Assembly (NCBI GenBank): GCA_965215335.1
Contig: CBDCDA010000001.1
Coordinates: 160,001 to 224,000, forward strand
Direction: 5' to 3'
From: an uncultured Candidatus Entotheonella sp.
GTDB lineage: Bacteria; Tectomicrobia; Entotheonellia; Entotheonellales; Entotheonellaceae
DNA: 64,000 nt
Positions 55,519-64,000 of the stretch are shown here, one piece after another. Both the position numbers and the translations under genes were made by a program. Numbering within the stretch: the first letter of the stretch is position 1; each line of letters begins with the position of its first letter. Below the pieces are notes generated by a model. That model had not been told where the DNA came from, did no database searches, and worked only from the letters and a program-made list of their open reading frames with translations.

Positions 55519-57078
55519 TCATACCTTGCGCGCCGCCGGACTGGTGCCGCTGCCGAGCAGCAGCAGGAACGGCAGGCCGAACACGAACATCATGCCCATC
55601 ATCCAGAACACGTCGTTGTACGCCATCATCGTTGCCTGACGGTCCACGACGTTGTCCAGGAGTTGCAGGGCGCTCGACTCCGCCGTGCCGGGCGGCAAAC
55701 CGCGGGCCGTCAGACTGCCCGTCAGGCCGTCCAGCGTGCGCGCCGTTTCGGCGTCGTAGGGCGTCACGTGGTCCACCAGCCGGGCGCGGTGGAAGGTGGC
55801 GCGGTGCGTGATCTGATTGGCCACGAAGGCGTAGCCGATGTTGCCGCCGATACGGCGCGACAGCGTGAACATCCCGGAGGCGGCGATCAGCAGCGGCGGC
55901 GGAATCGTGCTCATGGTCGCCGCCGACAGCACGCTGAACATGAACGCCATGCCGGCGCCGGTCAGCAGCAGTCCCGGCAGCATGCGCTCCCAGCCGACCT
56001 CCAGGGTGAAACGCGACATGTCGAGGTACCCGGCCATCATGACCGCGGTGCCGAAGAAGGCCAGCAGACGGCTGTCCAGACGGCCGTAGACGCGTCCCGC
56101 AATGGGCGCCACGAACAGCACGATCAGCATGCGCGGCATCTGAATGAGGCCGGAATCCAGCACCGTATAGCCGCGAATCTGCTGCAGGAACAAGGGCAGG
56201 ATGAAGATGCTGCCGAAGGTGGTGAGGCCGAAGAACAGACCCATCGACACGCCGCCGACGAAGGGCAGGTTCTTCAGCACGCGCAGGTTGACCACCGGCT
56301 CCTCGACCCACAATTCCCACAGCACCAGCACCGTCAGCGACAGCAGCGCAATCGCCGCGGTGCAGATCACGAAAGTCGATTCGAACCAGTCCTCGCGCTC
56401 GCCGCGTTCGAGGAACAGCTGCATGGTCGTCAGCCCGACCACCAGCAGGACGATGCCGACCACGTCGATGCGCGCCAGGCCGCGCTCGTCATAAGGCGGC
56501 TCGGGCAGAAAGGCCAGCACCAGCAGCACGCTGACGACGCCGATGGGAATGTTGATGTAGAAGATCCACGGCCAGCCATAGGCGTCGGTCAGCCAGCCGC
56601 CCAGCACCGGGCCCATGGCCGGCGCCAGCACCACGCCCATCATGAACACCGCCATCGCGGTGCCGCGCTTCTCCGCCGGGAAGATTTCCAGCATGATGGC
56701 CTGCGCCATGGGAATCAGCGCGCCGCCGCCGAGGCCCTGCAGCATGCGGGTGAGGATCATCATCTCCAGCGAACGCGCCAGGCCGCTGAGCACCGAGGCG
56801 ATCGTGAACAGGCCCAGGCAGTACAGGTAAAAACGCTTGCGGCCCAGCAGCCTGGTGAACCAGGAGGCCATCGTCACCATGACGATCTCGGCGATGCTGT
56901 AGGACACCGCCACCCAGGTAATGGCATCCAGCGTCACGCCGAAGGTGCCCATCATCTGCGGCATGGCCACGTTGACGATCGTCAAGTCGATCACCGAGAC
57001 ATACGTCGCCAGCATCACGGTGACCGAAATCAGCCATTTCCTGGCCGTCGAATACGTTACCGCCTGTTCCGCCATCAT
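55519..57078 (-). CDS. DHA2 (EmrB/QacA) MFS efflux permease
   Basis: DLTIVNVA, LGRKR, R.LQGLGGG, GP.LGGWLTD..GWPWIFYINIP. Confidence 0.93.
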   Translation of the reverse strand: MMAEQAVTYSTARKWLISVTVMLATYVSVIDLTIVNVAMPQMMGTFGVTLDAITWVAVSYSIAEIVMVTMASWFTRLLGRKRFYLYCLGLFTIASVLSGLARSLEMMILTRMLQGLGGGALIPMAQAIMLEIFPAEKRGTAMAVFMMGVVLAPAMGPVLGGWLTDAYGWPWIFYINIPIGVVSVLLVLAFLPEPPYDERGLARIDVVGIVLLVVGLTTMQLFLERGEREDWFESTFVICTAAIALLSLTVLVLWELWVEEPVVNLRVLKNLPFVGGVSMGLFFGLTTFGSIFILPLFLQQIRGYTVLDSGLIQMPRMLIVLFVAPIAGRVYGRLDSRLLAFFGTAVMMAGYLDMSRFTLEVGWERMLPGLLLTGAGMAFMFSVLSAATMSTIPPPLLIAASGMFTLSRRIGGNIGYAFVANQITHRATFHRARLVDHVTPYDAETARTLDGLTGSLTARGLPPGTAESSALQLLDNVVDRQATMMAYNDVFWMMGMMFVFGLPFLLLLGSGTSPAARKV

Positions 57079-57261
57079 GTTCTCCCGGTTCGATCTCGAT
57101 GAATCGTCGAGACCGTTTTTTCCTATTATGACACCGGCGCCTGTCGAATACCCGCCAGCCGGGGCATCGGTCGTGCCCGCCTTTTCCGTTTGTCCGGCCC
57201 GGAATTGTGTGTAGAATGGCTGCGTCTTTTCGAGCTTCCGGCCGTTCAGAGGGGAGACCCC

Positions 57262-58212
57262 ATGCTGGCCTACACCGTGCGGCGCCTGCTGAACCTCATT
57301 CCGATCCTGTTCCTGCTCACCGCCTTCGTCTTTTTCATCTTCCGCTTCCTGCCCGGCGGACCCATCGAAATGATGGTGCCGCCCGACGAGGTTCTCGACG
57401 AGGAAGTCCGCCTCATCCTGGAAAAGGAACTGGGCCTCGACCGTCCCGTCCTGGTGCAGTACTTCGACTGGCTGTGGCGCGCCCTGCAGGGAGATTTCGG
57501 CGAATCGATCTACAGCCAGTTACCGGTCGGCAGCCTCATCATGGAGCGCTTCCCCGCCACCCTGTACCTGGCCCTGGCGGCCGTCGTGCTCGCCGTTGCG
57601 GTGGCCATCCCCATGGGCACCATCGCGGCGCTGCGCAAGAATACGATGACCGATTACGTCGCCATGGGCACCTCGGTGTTCGGTCTCACGGTGCCGAATT
57701 TCTGGCTCGCCCTGATGATGATCCTGCTGTTCTCGCTCGGCCTGCGCTGGCTGCCGAGCATGGGCTACGTCGACCCGACGCAGGACTTCTTCGGCAGCCT
57801 GAGGCATTTCGTCATGCCGACCGTCGTGCTGGCGGCGTACCCGTGCGCCGTAGCCACCCGCATGACGCGCTCCAGCATGCTGGACGAGCTCAACAAGGAC
57901 TACGTCTACACGGCCCGCTCGCAGGGCCTGCCGGAATGGAAGATCATCTTCAAGTACACGCTCAAAAACGCCCTGATTCCCACCATCACCATCGTCGGCC
58001 TGCTGTTCGCCCGCCAGCTGGGCGGCACCATCATCATCGAAACGATCTTCGGCTGGCCGGGCGTCGGGCTGCTGATCTTCGAGCACATCAACGCGCGGGA
58101 TTTTCCGGTGCTGCAGGGCGCCGTATTGCTTCTGGCCATCTTTTTCGTCGGCATCAATCTCATGGTCGATCTGACGTATCGCCTGGTCAACCCGCGCGTC
58201 GAGCTGACCTGA
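57262..58212 (+). CDS. Peptide/nickel ABC permease (DppB-like)
   Basis: LGLDRP...QY, GDFGES, TRSSML...DYV.TARSQG, ETIFGWPG.G. Confidence 0.92.
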   Translation: MLAYTVRRLLNLIPILFLLTAFVFFIFRFLPGGPIEMMVPPDEVLDEEVRLILEKELGLDRPVLVQYFDWLWRALQGDFGESIYSQLPVGSLIMERFPATLYLALAAVVLAVAVAIPMGTIAALRKNTMTDYVAMGTSVFGLTVPNFWLALMMILLFSLGLRWLPSMGYVDPTQDFFGSLRHFVMPTVVLAAYPCAVATRMTRSSMLDELNKDYVYTARSQGLPEWKIIFKYTLKNALIPTITIVGLLFARQLGGTIIIETIFGWPGVGLLIFEHINARDFPVLQGAVLLLAIFFVGINLMVDLTYRLVNPRVELT

Positions 58213-58240
58213 ACCGGGCAAGGGGAGGGGAGACAAGGTC

Positions 58241-59218
58241 ATGGCTACGGACACCGTCGCGCGCGACGTCAGCAGCCGCCTGCTGAATCTGGAAGACATA
58301 GCGGTCGAGGCGCCGACCCTGGGCACGCGGCTGCGCCGCGCCGGGGCCTGCCTGAAAGACATGGCCGGCGAGCTGTGGAAGAGCAAGCTGGCCTCTTGCG
58401 GTGCCTTCATCGTGCTGGTGATGATCCTGGTCGCCATTTTCGCCGACGTGCTGGATCGCCACGATCCCTTCGACATGGCCGAAGCCGCCCTGGCCCCGGT
58501 CAGTCGGGAACACTGGTTCGGCACCGACCCCTATGGTCGTGACATCTGGTCGCGGGTGGTGCACGGGGCGCGGCGGGCCATGGTCATCAGCGCCTCCGCC
58601 GTCCTGCTGGGCGTCCTGCTCGGCGTGCCGCTCGGCGCCGTGTCCGGCTATTACGGAACCACCACCGTGCACGTCGCCGGCCGCCAGGTGCGGGTGCCCC
58701 TGGACAACATCATCATGCGCCTCGTCGATGCCTGGCTGGCCATTCCCGGCATTCTGTTCTTCCTGCTGGTCGTGGCCATCTTCGGCGGCAGCGACCTGGT
58801 GCTCATCATGGCGCTGGGGGTCGCCCAGGTGCCGCTGCTGGCGCGCCTGGTGCGCGGCAGCGTGCTGGCGGAAAAGGCCAAGGAATACGTCGAGGCATCG
58901 CACATCATCGGCGATTCCGATCTCAACATCACCTTCCGGCAGATTCTCCCCAATTGCCTCTCGCCCATCATCGTGCAGGCCAGCGTGTCCGTCGGCTTCC
59001 TGATCATCGTCGAGGCCGCCCTGGCGTTTCTCGGTCTCGGCGCGCAGCCGCCTACCCCGGCGTGGGGCGCCGACCTCAACGAGGCGAAGAATTTCATGGA
59101 GACCTATCCGCTGCTGACCATTTTCCCGGGTCTGGCGCTGTCGCTTACCGTTCTGGGGTTCAACCTGTTCGGCGACGGCCTGCGGGACATCCTCGATCCC
59201 CGCCAGGTCGAACAATAG
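58241..59218 (+). CDS. Peptide/nickel ABC permease (DppC-like)
   Basis: HWFGTD.YGRDIWSR, EYVEAS, FLGLG.QPP.P.WG, FNLFGDGLRD.LDPR. Confidence 0.92.
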   Translation: MATDTVARDVSSRLLNLEDIAVEAPTLGTRLRRAGACLKDMAGELWKSKLASCGAFIVLVMILVAIFADVLDRHDPFDMAEAALAPVSREHWFGTDPYGRDIWSRVVHGARRAMVISASAVLLGVLLGVPLGAVSGYYGTTTVHVAGRQVRVPLDNIIMRLVDAWLAIPGILFFLLVVAIFGGSDLVLIMALGVAQVPLLARLVRGSVLAEKAKEYVEASHIIGDSDLNITFRQILPNCLSPIIVQASVSVGFLIIVEAALAFLGLGAQPPTPAWGADLNEAKNFMETYPLLTIFPGLALSLTVLGFNLFGDGLRDILDPRQVEQ

Positions 59219-59230
59219 GAGTTGCAAGGC

Positions 59231-60844
59231 ATGACAGCAATCGAAACGATGGATGCAGACTTGCGCCTGAGCCGCCGCGAGTTCGTGGCCGCGGCAGGCA
59301 GTGGCGTGTTTGGCCTGGCGGCCCTGGGCTTGCCGCCTGCGGGCGCGCAGGCGGCCGCGCAGCCCAGCTACGGCGGTTCGATCAAGATCGGTCTGCGCAG
59401 CGACGTCAGCCGACTCGACCCGCATCATTTCTTCCCGCCGTATCCGACTTCCAATGCGTTGTCGCTGATCTACAATGGCCTCACGGAGGCGGACTACGAC
59501 ACCAACGTCGTGCCCGCCCTGGCGCACGCCTGGGAAACCTCGAAAGACGGCCTGACCTGGACGTGGCATATCCGCAAGGACGTCACCTTCCACAATGGCC
59601 GACAGATGACCGGCGCCGACGTCAAGGCCAACCTGGAGCGCGTCCTGAATCCCAGAACGGGCGCGGTGATTCGCGGCGAGTTGGCCGTCATCGACAACAT
59701 CGAGCTGCTCGACGACTACACCCTGCGGACGACGCTGAAGGACAGGTATTACCCGCTGCCGGCCATGCTGACCAATCGCTGGGTGCCGATCATCGACCCG
59801 CAGAGCCTCGATTCGGTCAAGCAGCACCCCATCGCCACCGGCCCGTTCAAGTTCGTCTCCTGGAAGCGCCTGCACACCACGGTGATGGCCCGCCACGACA
59901 CGTACTGGGAAAAAGACGCCGCCGGCAACGCCCTGCCGTACCTGGACGAGATCATCGGCAGGCCCCTGGCCGACGACACCGTGCGGCTGACCGCCCTGCG
60001 CACCGGCGAGGTCGACATGATCGACGCCGCCAGCTACCGCGACCAGGCGCGTTTCAGCGACTGGACGGACACCTTCGACACCTATCGGATCAAGGCGCTC
60101 GGCACCATCTGGTACTACTTCAACGCCCAACGCCCGCCGTTCGACGACGTGCGGGTGCGGCGCGCCGTGGCCATGGCGGTGGACAAGAAGGAGATCATGC
60201 GCAAGACGCTGTTCGGGCACGGCGAGATCATGGACCAGTTCTACACCGAGGCGTCGCCGTGGCGGCTGCCCGGCATGTCGTCGTGGGAGTACAACCCGGA
60301 CGAGGCCAGACGGCTGCTCAAGGAGGCCGGCATACGGCCGGGAACGCGCCTTACCATGCTCACCTTCAACCGCTACAACTACATCAAGGAGGGAGCGCAG
60401 GTCTTCCAGCAGAATCTGCGCCGGATCGGCTTCATGGTGCGCCTGAAGATCCTCGACTGGGGGCAGCTGACGGCGGCCCGCAAGGGCCGCAAGTGGGACA
60501 TTCTCGGGCTGGGCAGCGCCTACCGCATGGACCCGCACGAGTATTACTTCAAGGAACTGAGTTCCGCAAGCCCGGCCTCGAAGCAGACCTACGGGGGCTG
60601 GGTGAACCCCGACCACGACAGGCTGATCGCCGCGGCGCGGCGCACGGAGAGCAAGGCGGAACGCATCCGGCTGTATGGCGAAGCCGAGAAACTGATCCAC
60701 GCCGAGGCGCCGAAGGTGCGAACGATCAGCGCCCACAACCTGTCCGCCTGGCACAAGCACCTCAGGGCCTACCGGCCCAACATCGCCGGCAACATCACCT
60801 ACAACGGCGGCGGCTTCCGCACCGCCTGGCGCGCGCCGGCATAG
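59231..60844 (+). CDS. Peptide/nickel ABC substrate-binding protein (family 5), Tat signal
   Basis: SRREF signal; LDP, P.LA..WE.S.DG, TGPFKF, PFDDVRVRRA. Confidence 0.92.
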   Translation: MTAIETMDADLRLSRREFVAAAGSGVFGLAALGLPPAGAQAAAQPSYGGSIKIGLRSDVSRLDPHHFFPPYPTSNALSLIYNGLTEADYDTNVVPALAHAWETSKDGLTWTWHIRKDVTFHNGRQMTGADVKANLERVLNPRTGAVIRGELAVIDNIELLDDYTLRTTLKDRYYPLPAMLTNRWVPIIDPQSLDSVKQHPIATGPFKFVSWKRLHTTVMARHDTYWEKDAAGNALPYLDEIIGRPLADDTVRLTALRTGEVDMIDAASYRDQARFSDWTDTFDTYRIKALGTIWYYFNAQRPPFDDVRVRRAVAMAVDKKEIMRKTLFGHGEIMDQFYTEASPWRLPGMSSWEYNPDEARRLLKEAGIRPGTRLTMLTFNRYNYIKEGAQVFQQNLRRIGFMVRLKILDWGQLTAARKGRKWDILGLGSAYRMDPHEYYFKELSSASPASKQTYGGWVNPDHDRLIAAARRTESKAERIRLYGEAEKLIHAEAPKVRTISAHNLSAWHKHLRAYRPNIAGNITYNGGGFRTAWRAPA

Positions 60845-60962
60845 AGCAAAGGGGTTACCTTACGGCATGCCATAAGCAATTGATCCAAGGGCTTCGCAAT
60901 CGTCATGACGACGTATCCATACACCACTGCCGATAGCGTTTGCCCGTATCCGGGAGTTTTCC

Positions 60963-63900
60963 ATGGGGTTTTCTCCAGGCCAGATCGTATGTTTGGCGTC
61001 CAATCCAGCAGCCTTCAAGGGAGCCGTCGTCGAAGTGCTGGCAGGGCCATCCGAAGATCGCATCAGGGTTTTTGTCGCTGGCAACGTCCAGACGTATTAC
61101 GCCTCCCAATTGCAGGCTGTCGACCAAAGCGATGGTGTCTCGCCTTTTTCCGCCGTCCAATTTCAGGCCTACCTGACCGCTCTGCAAATACGGCATCCCA
61201 GTTTGTCGACGCTGTATTCGCTCAACGCGGCGCGCGTCGATTTCATCCCCTACCAGTTCCGCCCGGTGTTGAGATTCATCCGGTCGGACCGTCCGCGCCT
61301 GCTGATAGCCGACGGCGTGGGGGTCGGCAAAACCATCGAAGCCGGGCTGATTCTGCGGGAACTGCAGGCTCGGCGGGAGATCAACTCCGTTCTCATCATT
61401 TGCCCTCGTCCCCTGGTGACCGAGCGCAAGTGGGAACTGGAGATGAAACGCTTTGACGAGCGTTTCACCCACCTGGACGGAAAAACCCTGCGATACTGTA
61501 TCAACGAGATGCATCTCGACGGAGAATGGCCCGACCAGCATCGAAAAACGATTCTCCCGTATTCGTTGTTTGACGAGGCGCTTCTTTACGGTCCAGAGCC
61601 CAACGGCAGGCACAGGAAAAGGCGGGGGCAGGGGCTGCTGGCTCTGGATCCGCCCCCGCGCTTTGATCTCGTCATCGTGGACGAAGCCCACCATATCCGC
61701 AATCCGAACACCTACGCTCACCAAGCGGTCCGGTTCTTCTGCGACCACGCCGAAGCCGCGGTCTTTCTGACCGCTACGCCTGTTCAACTCGGCAACCATG
61801 ATCTGTTTGTGCTGCTGAACACACTCCGCCCCGACCTCGTTCTGGATCAAGAAAGCTTTGCACACATGGCGGAACCCAATCCGTTCATCAACCAGGCGGT
61901 GAACCACATCCGGGCTCAAAACCAAGGCTGGGCGGAACAGGCGGTCGCCGCTCTCGACCAAGCGGCCGCAACCGGTTGGGGACGAGCGATTGTCAGACAC
62001 AATCCCGAGTTCCAGAGGATCAGGAATCAGCTTGCCGACGGACACGTTGCTGCTGACGAAAGAATCCAACTCCTCACCGAGCTTGAAGCCCTGCACACCT
62101 TCTCCGGGATCATAAACCGCACGCGCCGGCGCGACATCGGGGCCTTCACCATTCGGAAACCAGAGACCGTCACGGTTGCCTTTACGCCTGAGCAGCAACA
62201 GCTTCACGACGAGTTGATGCGGATCCAGGCCGAGATACTCAGCCGACTTCACAGGGACCTCAACGTCAGGTTCATGATGACGACGATTCGACGCCAGGCC
62301 GCCAGTTGCCTGATGGGGCTGGCCCCGTTTCTTCAGAGTATTCTGAACCGGCATATTGATGAATTGGAATGGGAGGCTACCGACAATACGGAGCCAGTCC
62401 CGTCAGAGGGTGCCATCGCCTCAATCCGGGCGCAAATTGAGACGATCATCGAGAAAGCGCGCGCCCTCGACCCCTCTGATCCGAAACTGGAAGCGCTTCG
62501 TAAAATCATCCGGGACAAGCAAGACCTGCCCAACAACAAGATCATGCTGTTCAGCAGCTTTCGGCACACGCTTGCCTATCTTGATGAACATCTCCGGGCG
62601 GACGGTATCCGCGTCGGCATGATTCACGGCGGGACGCCCGACGAGGAGCGCGTCGCGCTCCGGGACTGTTTCGAGAAGCCACGCGAGGATAGCGACTGTC
62701 TTGACGTGTTGCTGTTCTCGGAGGTTGGCTGCGAAGGGCTGGATTACCAGTTCTGCGACTGCATTGTAAACTACGACCTGCCGTGGAATCCCATGCGTGT
62801 CGAGCAGCGCATCGGCCGTATCGACCGCAAGGGTCAACAGAGCGAAAGCGTTGCCATTGTCAACCTGATTACGCCGGGAACCGTTGACGCGGACATCTAT
62901 GAGCGCTGTCTTGTTCGTATCGGCGTGTTCGAGAACGCCTTGGGCGGTAGCGAAGAAATACTTGGGGACATCTCCAGAGAGATCAGAAACATCGCGGAAA
63001 ATTATGCTCTCAGCGAAGAAGACCGCCGCGCCAGGTTGCAGCAATTGGCGGACAATGAGATTCGCCTGGTACAAGAACAGGAGAAGCTGGAACAGGGGCA
63101 GCTGGAGCTTTTTGGCATTCGTCTGCCCAAAGACCAGATGAAGCAGGAGATTGAAGAAGCCTCCAGTTACTGGCTGTCTCCGCCATCGCTTCAAAGGCTC
63201 GTTACCCTTTATCTGCAAAACACCTGCGGGAGAGAGCAGGCATTCATCCTGGGTGAGAAGCCCTTGAAAACGCTGCGTCTTTCACAGGACGCACGAAACA
63301 GCCTGCTGCGAGACTTTCAGCAACTCCCCAGGCAGAACACCCCTGTCTATCGCGAGTGGGAAACCTGGCTGAAGGGAAGCGAACCGCATCTGTCCATCAC
63401 CTTTAAGCCGGGGTGTGCAAGCCAGAATCCGAAAGCCGCCTTCATCATGCCGCTTCATCCGCTGGTCAAGCAGGCGGCCATGTCGTTCGATACGCAGCAC
63501 CAGGTGACCACCACATTGAAAGTACAGACCAGCGAAGTGGCCGCAGGCCGCTACGAATTTGCCGTTTACCAGTGGCAGTATTACGGTATTCGGGAAGATT
63601 TGGTGCTCAAGCCGATTGCCGCATCGCCCGCGGTCACACCACACCTCGACCGCCTGCTTGAGAAAGCGGTAGACGCCGCGATGGACGATCAGGCAGGCAG
63701 TACAGCTGCCGTGTGGGGCGAACTGGATGCGCAACATCATGCCCTGTGGTCCGCGGCGCGGACACAGCATCAACAACGAACCCGGGAACTCGCCGCGTAT
63801 CGAAGAGAGAGCCTGTCCACGAGCCACCAGGCACGGCTGGCACTGCTTCAGGAACAACTCGATCAGACCAACGACGAGAAGCTTCGGCGAATGCGGCGGT

Positions 63901-64000
63901 CACAAATTGATACTGCGAATGCGGATTACGAGCGGCGTATTCAGGGGTTGGACAGGGCGATGGAGAGAGCGGATATTATCACCGAGCCGGTGGCGTATGG
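60963..64000 (+). CDS. SNF2-family helicase (defence-associated type), runs off window edge
   Basis: ATG after GGGAG; FIPYQFRPVL, LLIADGVGVGKT, IVDEAHH, TATP, GCEGLDYQ, YDLPWNPMRVEQRIGRIDR; no stop in window, so absent from the ORF track. Confidence 0.88.
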   Translation, partial: MGFSPGQIVCLASNPAAFKGAVVEVLAGPSEDRIRVFVAGNVQTYYASQLQAVDQSDGVSPFSAVQFQAYLTALQIRHPSLSTLYSLNAARVDFIPYQFRPVLRFIRSDRPRLLIADGVGVGKTIEAGLILRELQARREINSVLIICPRPLVTERKWELEMKRFDERFTHLDGKTLRYCINEMHLDGEWPDQHRKTILPYSLFDEALLYGPEPNGRHRKRRGQGLLALDPPPRFDLVIVDEAHHIRNPNTYAHQAVRFFCDHAEAAVFLTATPVQLGNHDLFVLLNTLRPDLVLDQESFAHMAEPNPFINQAVNHIRAQNQGWAEQAVAALDQAAATGWGRAIVRHNPEFQRIRNQLADGHVAADERIQLLTELEALHTFSGIINRTRRRDIGAFTIRKPETVTVAFTPEQQQLHDELMRIQAEILSRLHRDLNVRFMMTTIRRQAASCLMGLAPFLQSILNRHIDELEWEATDNTEPVPSEGAIASIRAQIETIIEKARALDPSDPKLEALRKIIRDKQDLPNNKIMLFSSFRHTLAYLDEHLRADGIRVGMIHGGTPDEERVALRDCFEKPREDSDCLDVLLFSEVGCEGLDYQFCDCIVNYDLPWNPMRVEQRIGRIDRKGQQSESVAIVNLITPGTVDADIYERCLVRIGVFENALGGSEEILGDISREIRNIAENYALSEEDRRARLQQLADNEIRLVQEQEKLEQGQLELFGIRLPKDQMKQEIEEASSYWLSPPSLQRLVTLYLQNTCGREQAFILGEKPLKTLRLSQDARNSLLRDFQQLPRQNTPVYREWETWLKGSEPHLSITFKPGCASQNPKAAFIMPLHPLVKQAAMSFDTQHQVTTTLKVQTSEVAAGRYEFAVYQWQYYGIREDLVLKPIAASPAVTPHLDRLLEKAVDAAMDDQAGSTAAVWGELDAQHHALWSAARTQHQQRTRELAAYRRESLSTSHQARLALLQEQLDQTNDEKLRRMRRSQIDTANADYERRIQGLDRAMERADIITEPVAY

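Noticed and set aside
60905..61456. 183-aa ORF and other short ORFs at 60.9-64 kb
   Set aside because: Alternative frames overlapping the open SNF2 frame that starts at 60963

Overview
GC-rich bacterial chromosomal window, mostly housekeeping and catabolic genes. It carries three luciferase-like monooxygenases, a TRAP transporter, carbohydrate and peptide ABC transporters, lutABC, an HpaB-like/extradiol dioxygenase aromatic cluster, trehalose-6-P synthase, an HtrA protease and tRNA-Thr(CGT). Accessory patches: (i) ~7.5-11.3 kb, a decayed islet bounded by a 208-bp duplication of the dctM 3' end, with higBA inserted into a split brnT, an RT fragment and an IS5 pseudogene; (ii) ~36.7-39.4 kb, an IS481 scar, a kinase/AAA gene and arsR'-arsI; (iii) 41.3-53.3 kb, an SNF2-DUF3883 / DUF1156 methyltransferase / AlbA-ATPase / Swt1-HEPN-DUF499 defence cassette; (iv) a second SNF2 helicase running off the right edge. 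Best observations: (1) a linalool dehydratase/isomerase-like gene with an in-frame TGA at the position of a catalytic Cys, followed by an fdhF-type SECIS-like hairpin, i.e. a candidate new selenoenzyme; (2) an apparently intact REP-associated tyrosine transposase (RAYT) with its flanking REP doublets translated in frame inside the defence methyltransferase; (3) an NhaD antiporter with a PAS domain inserted in a loop. All family calls come from motif recognition by eye; no database searches were run.
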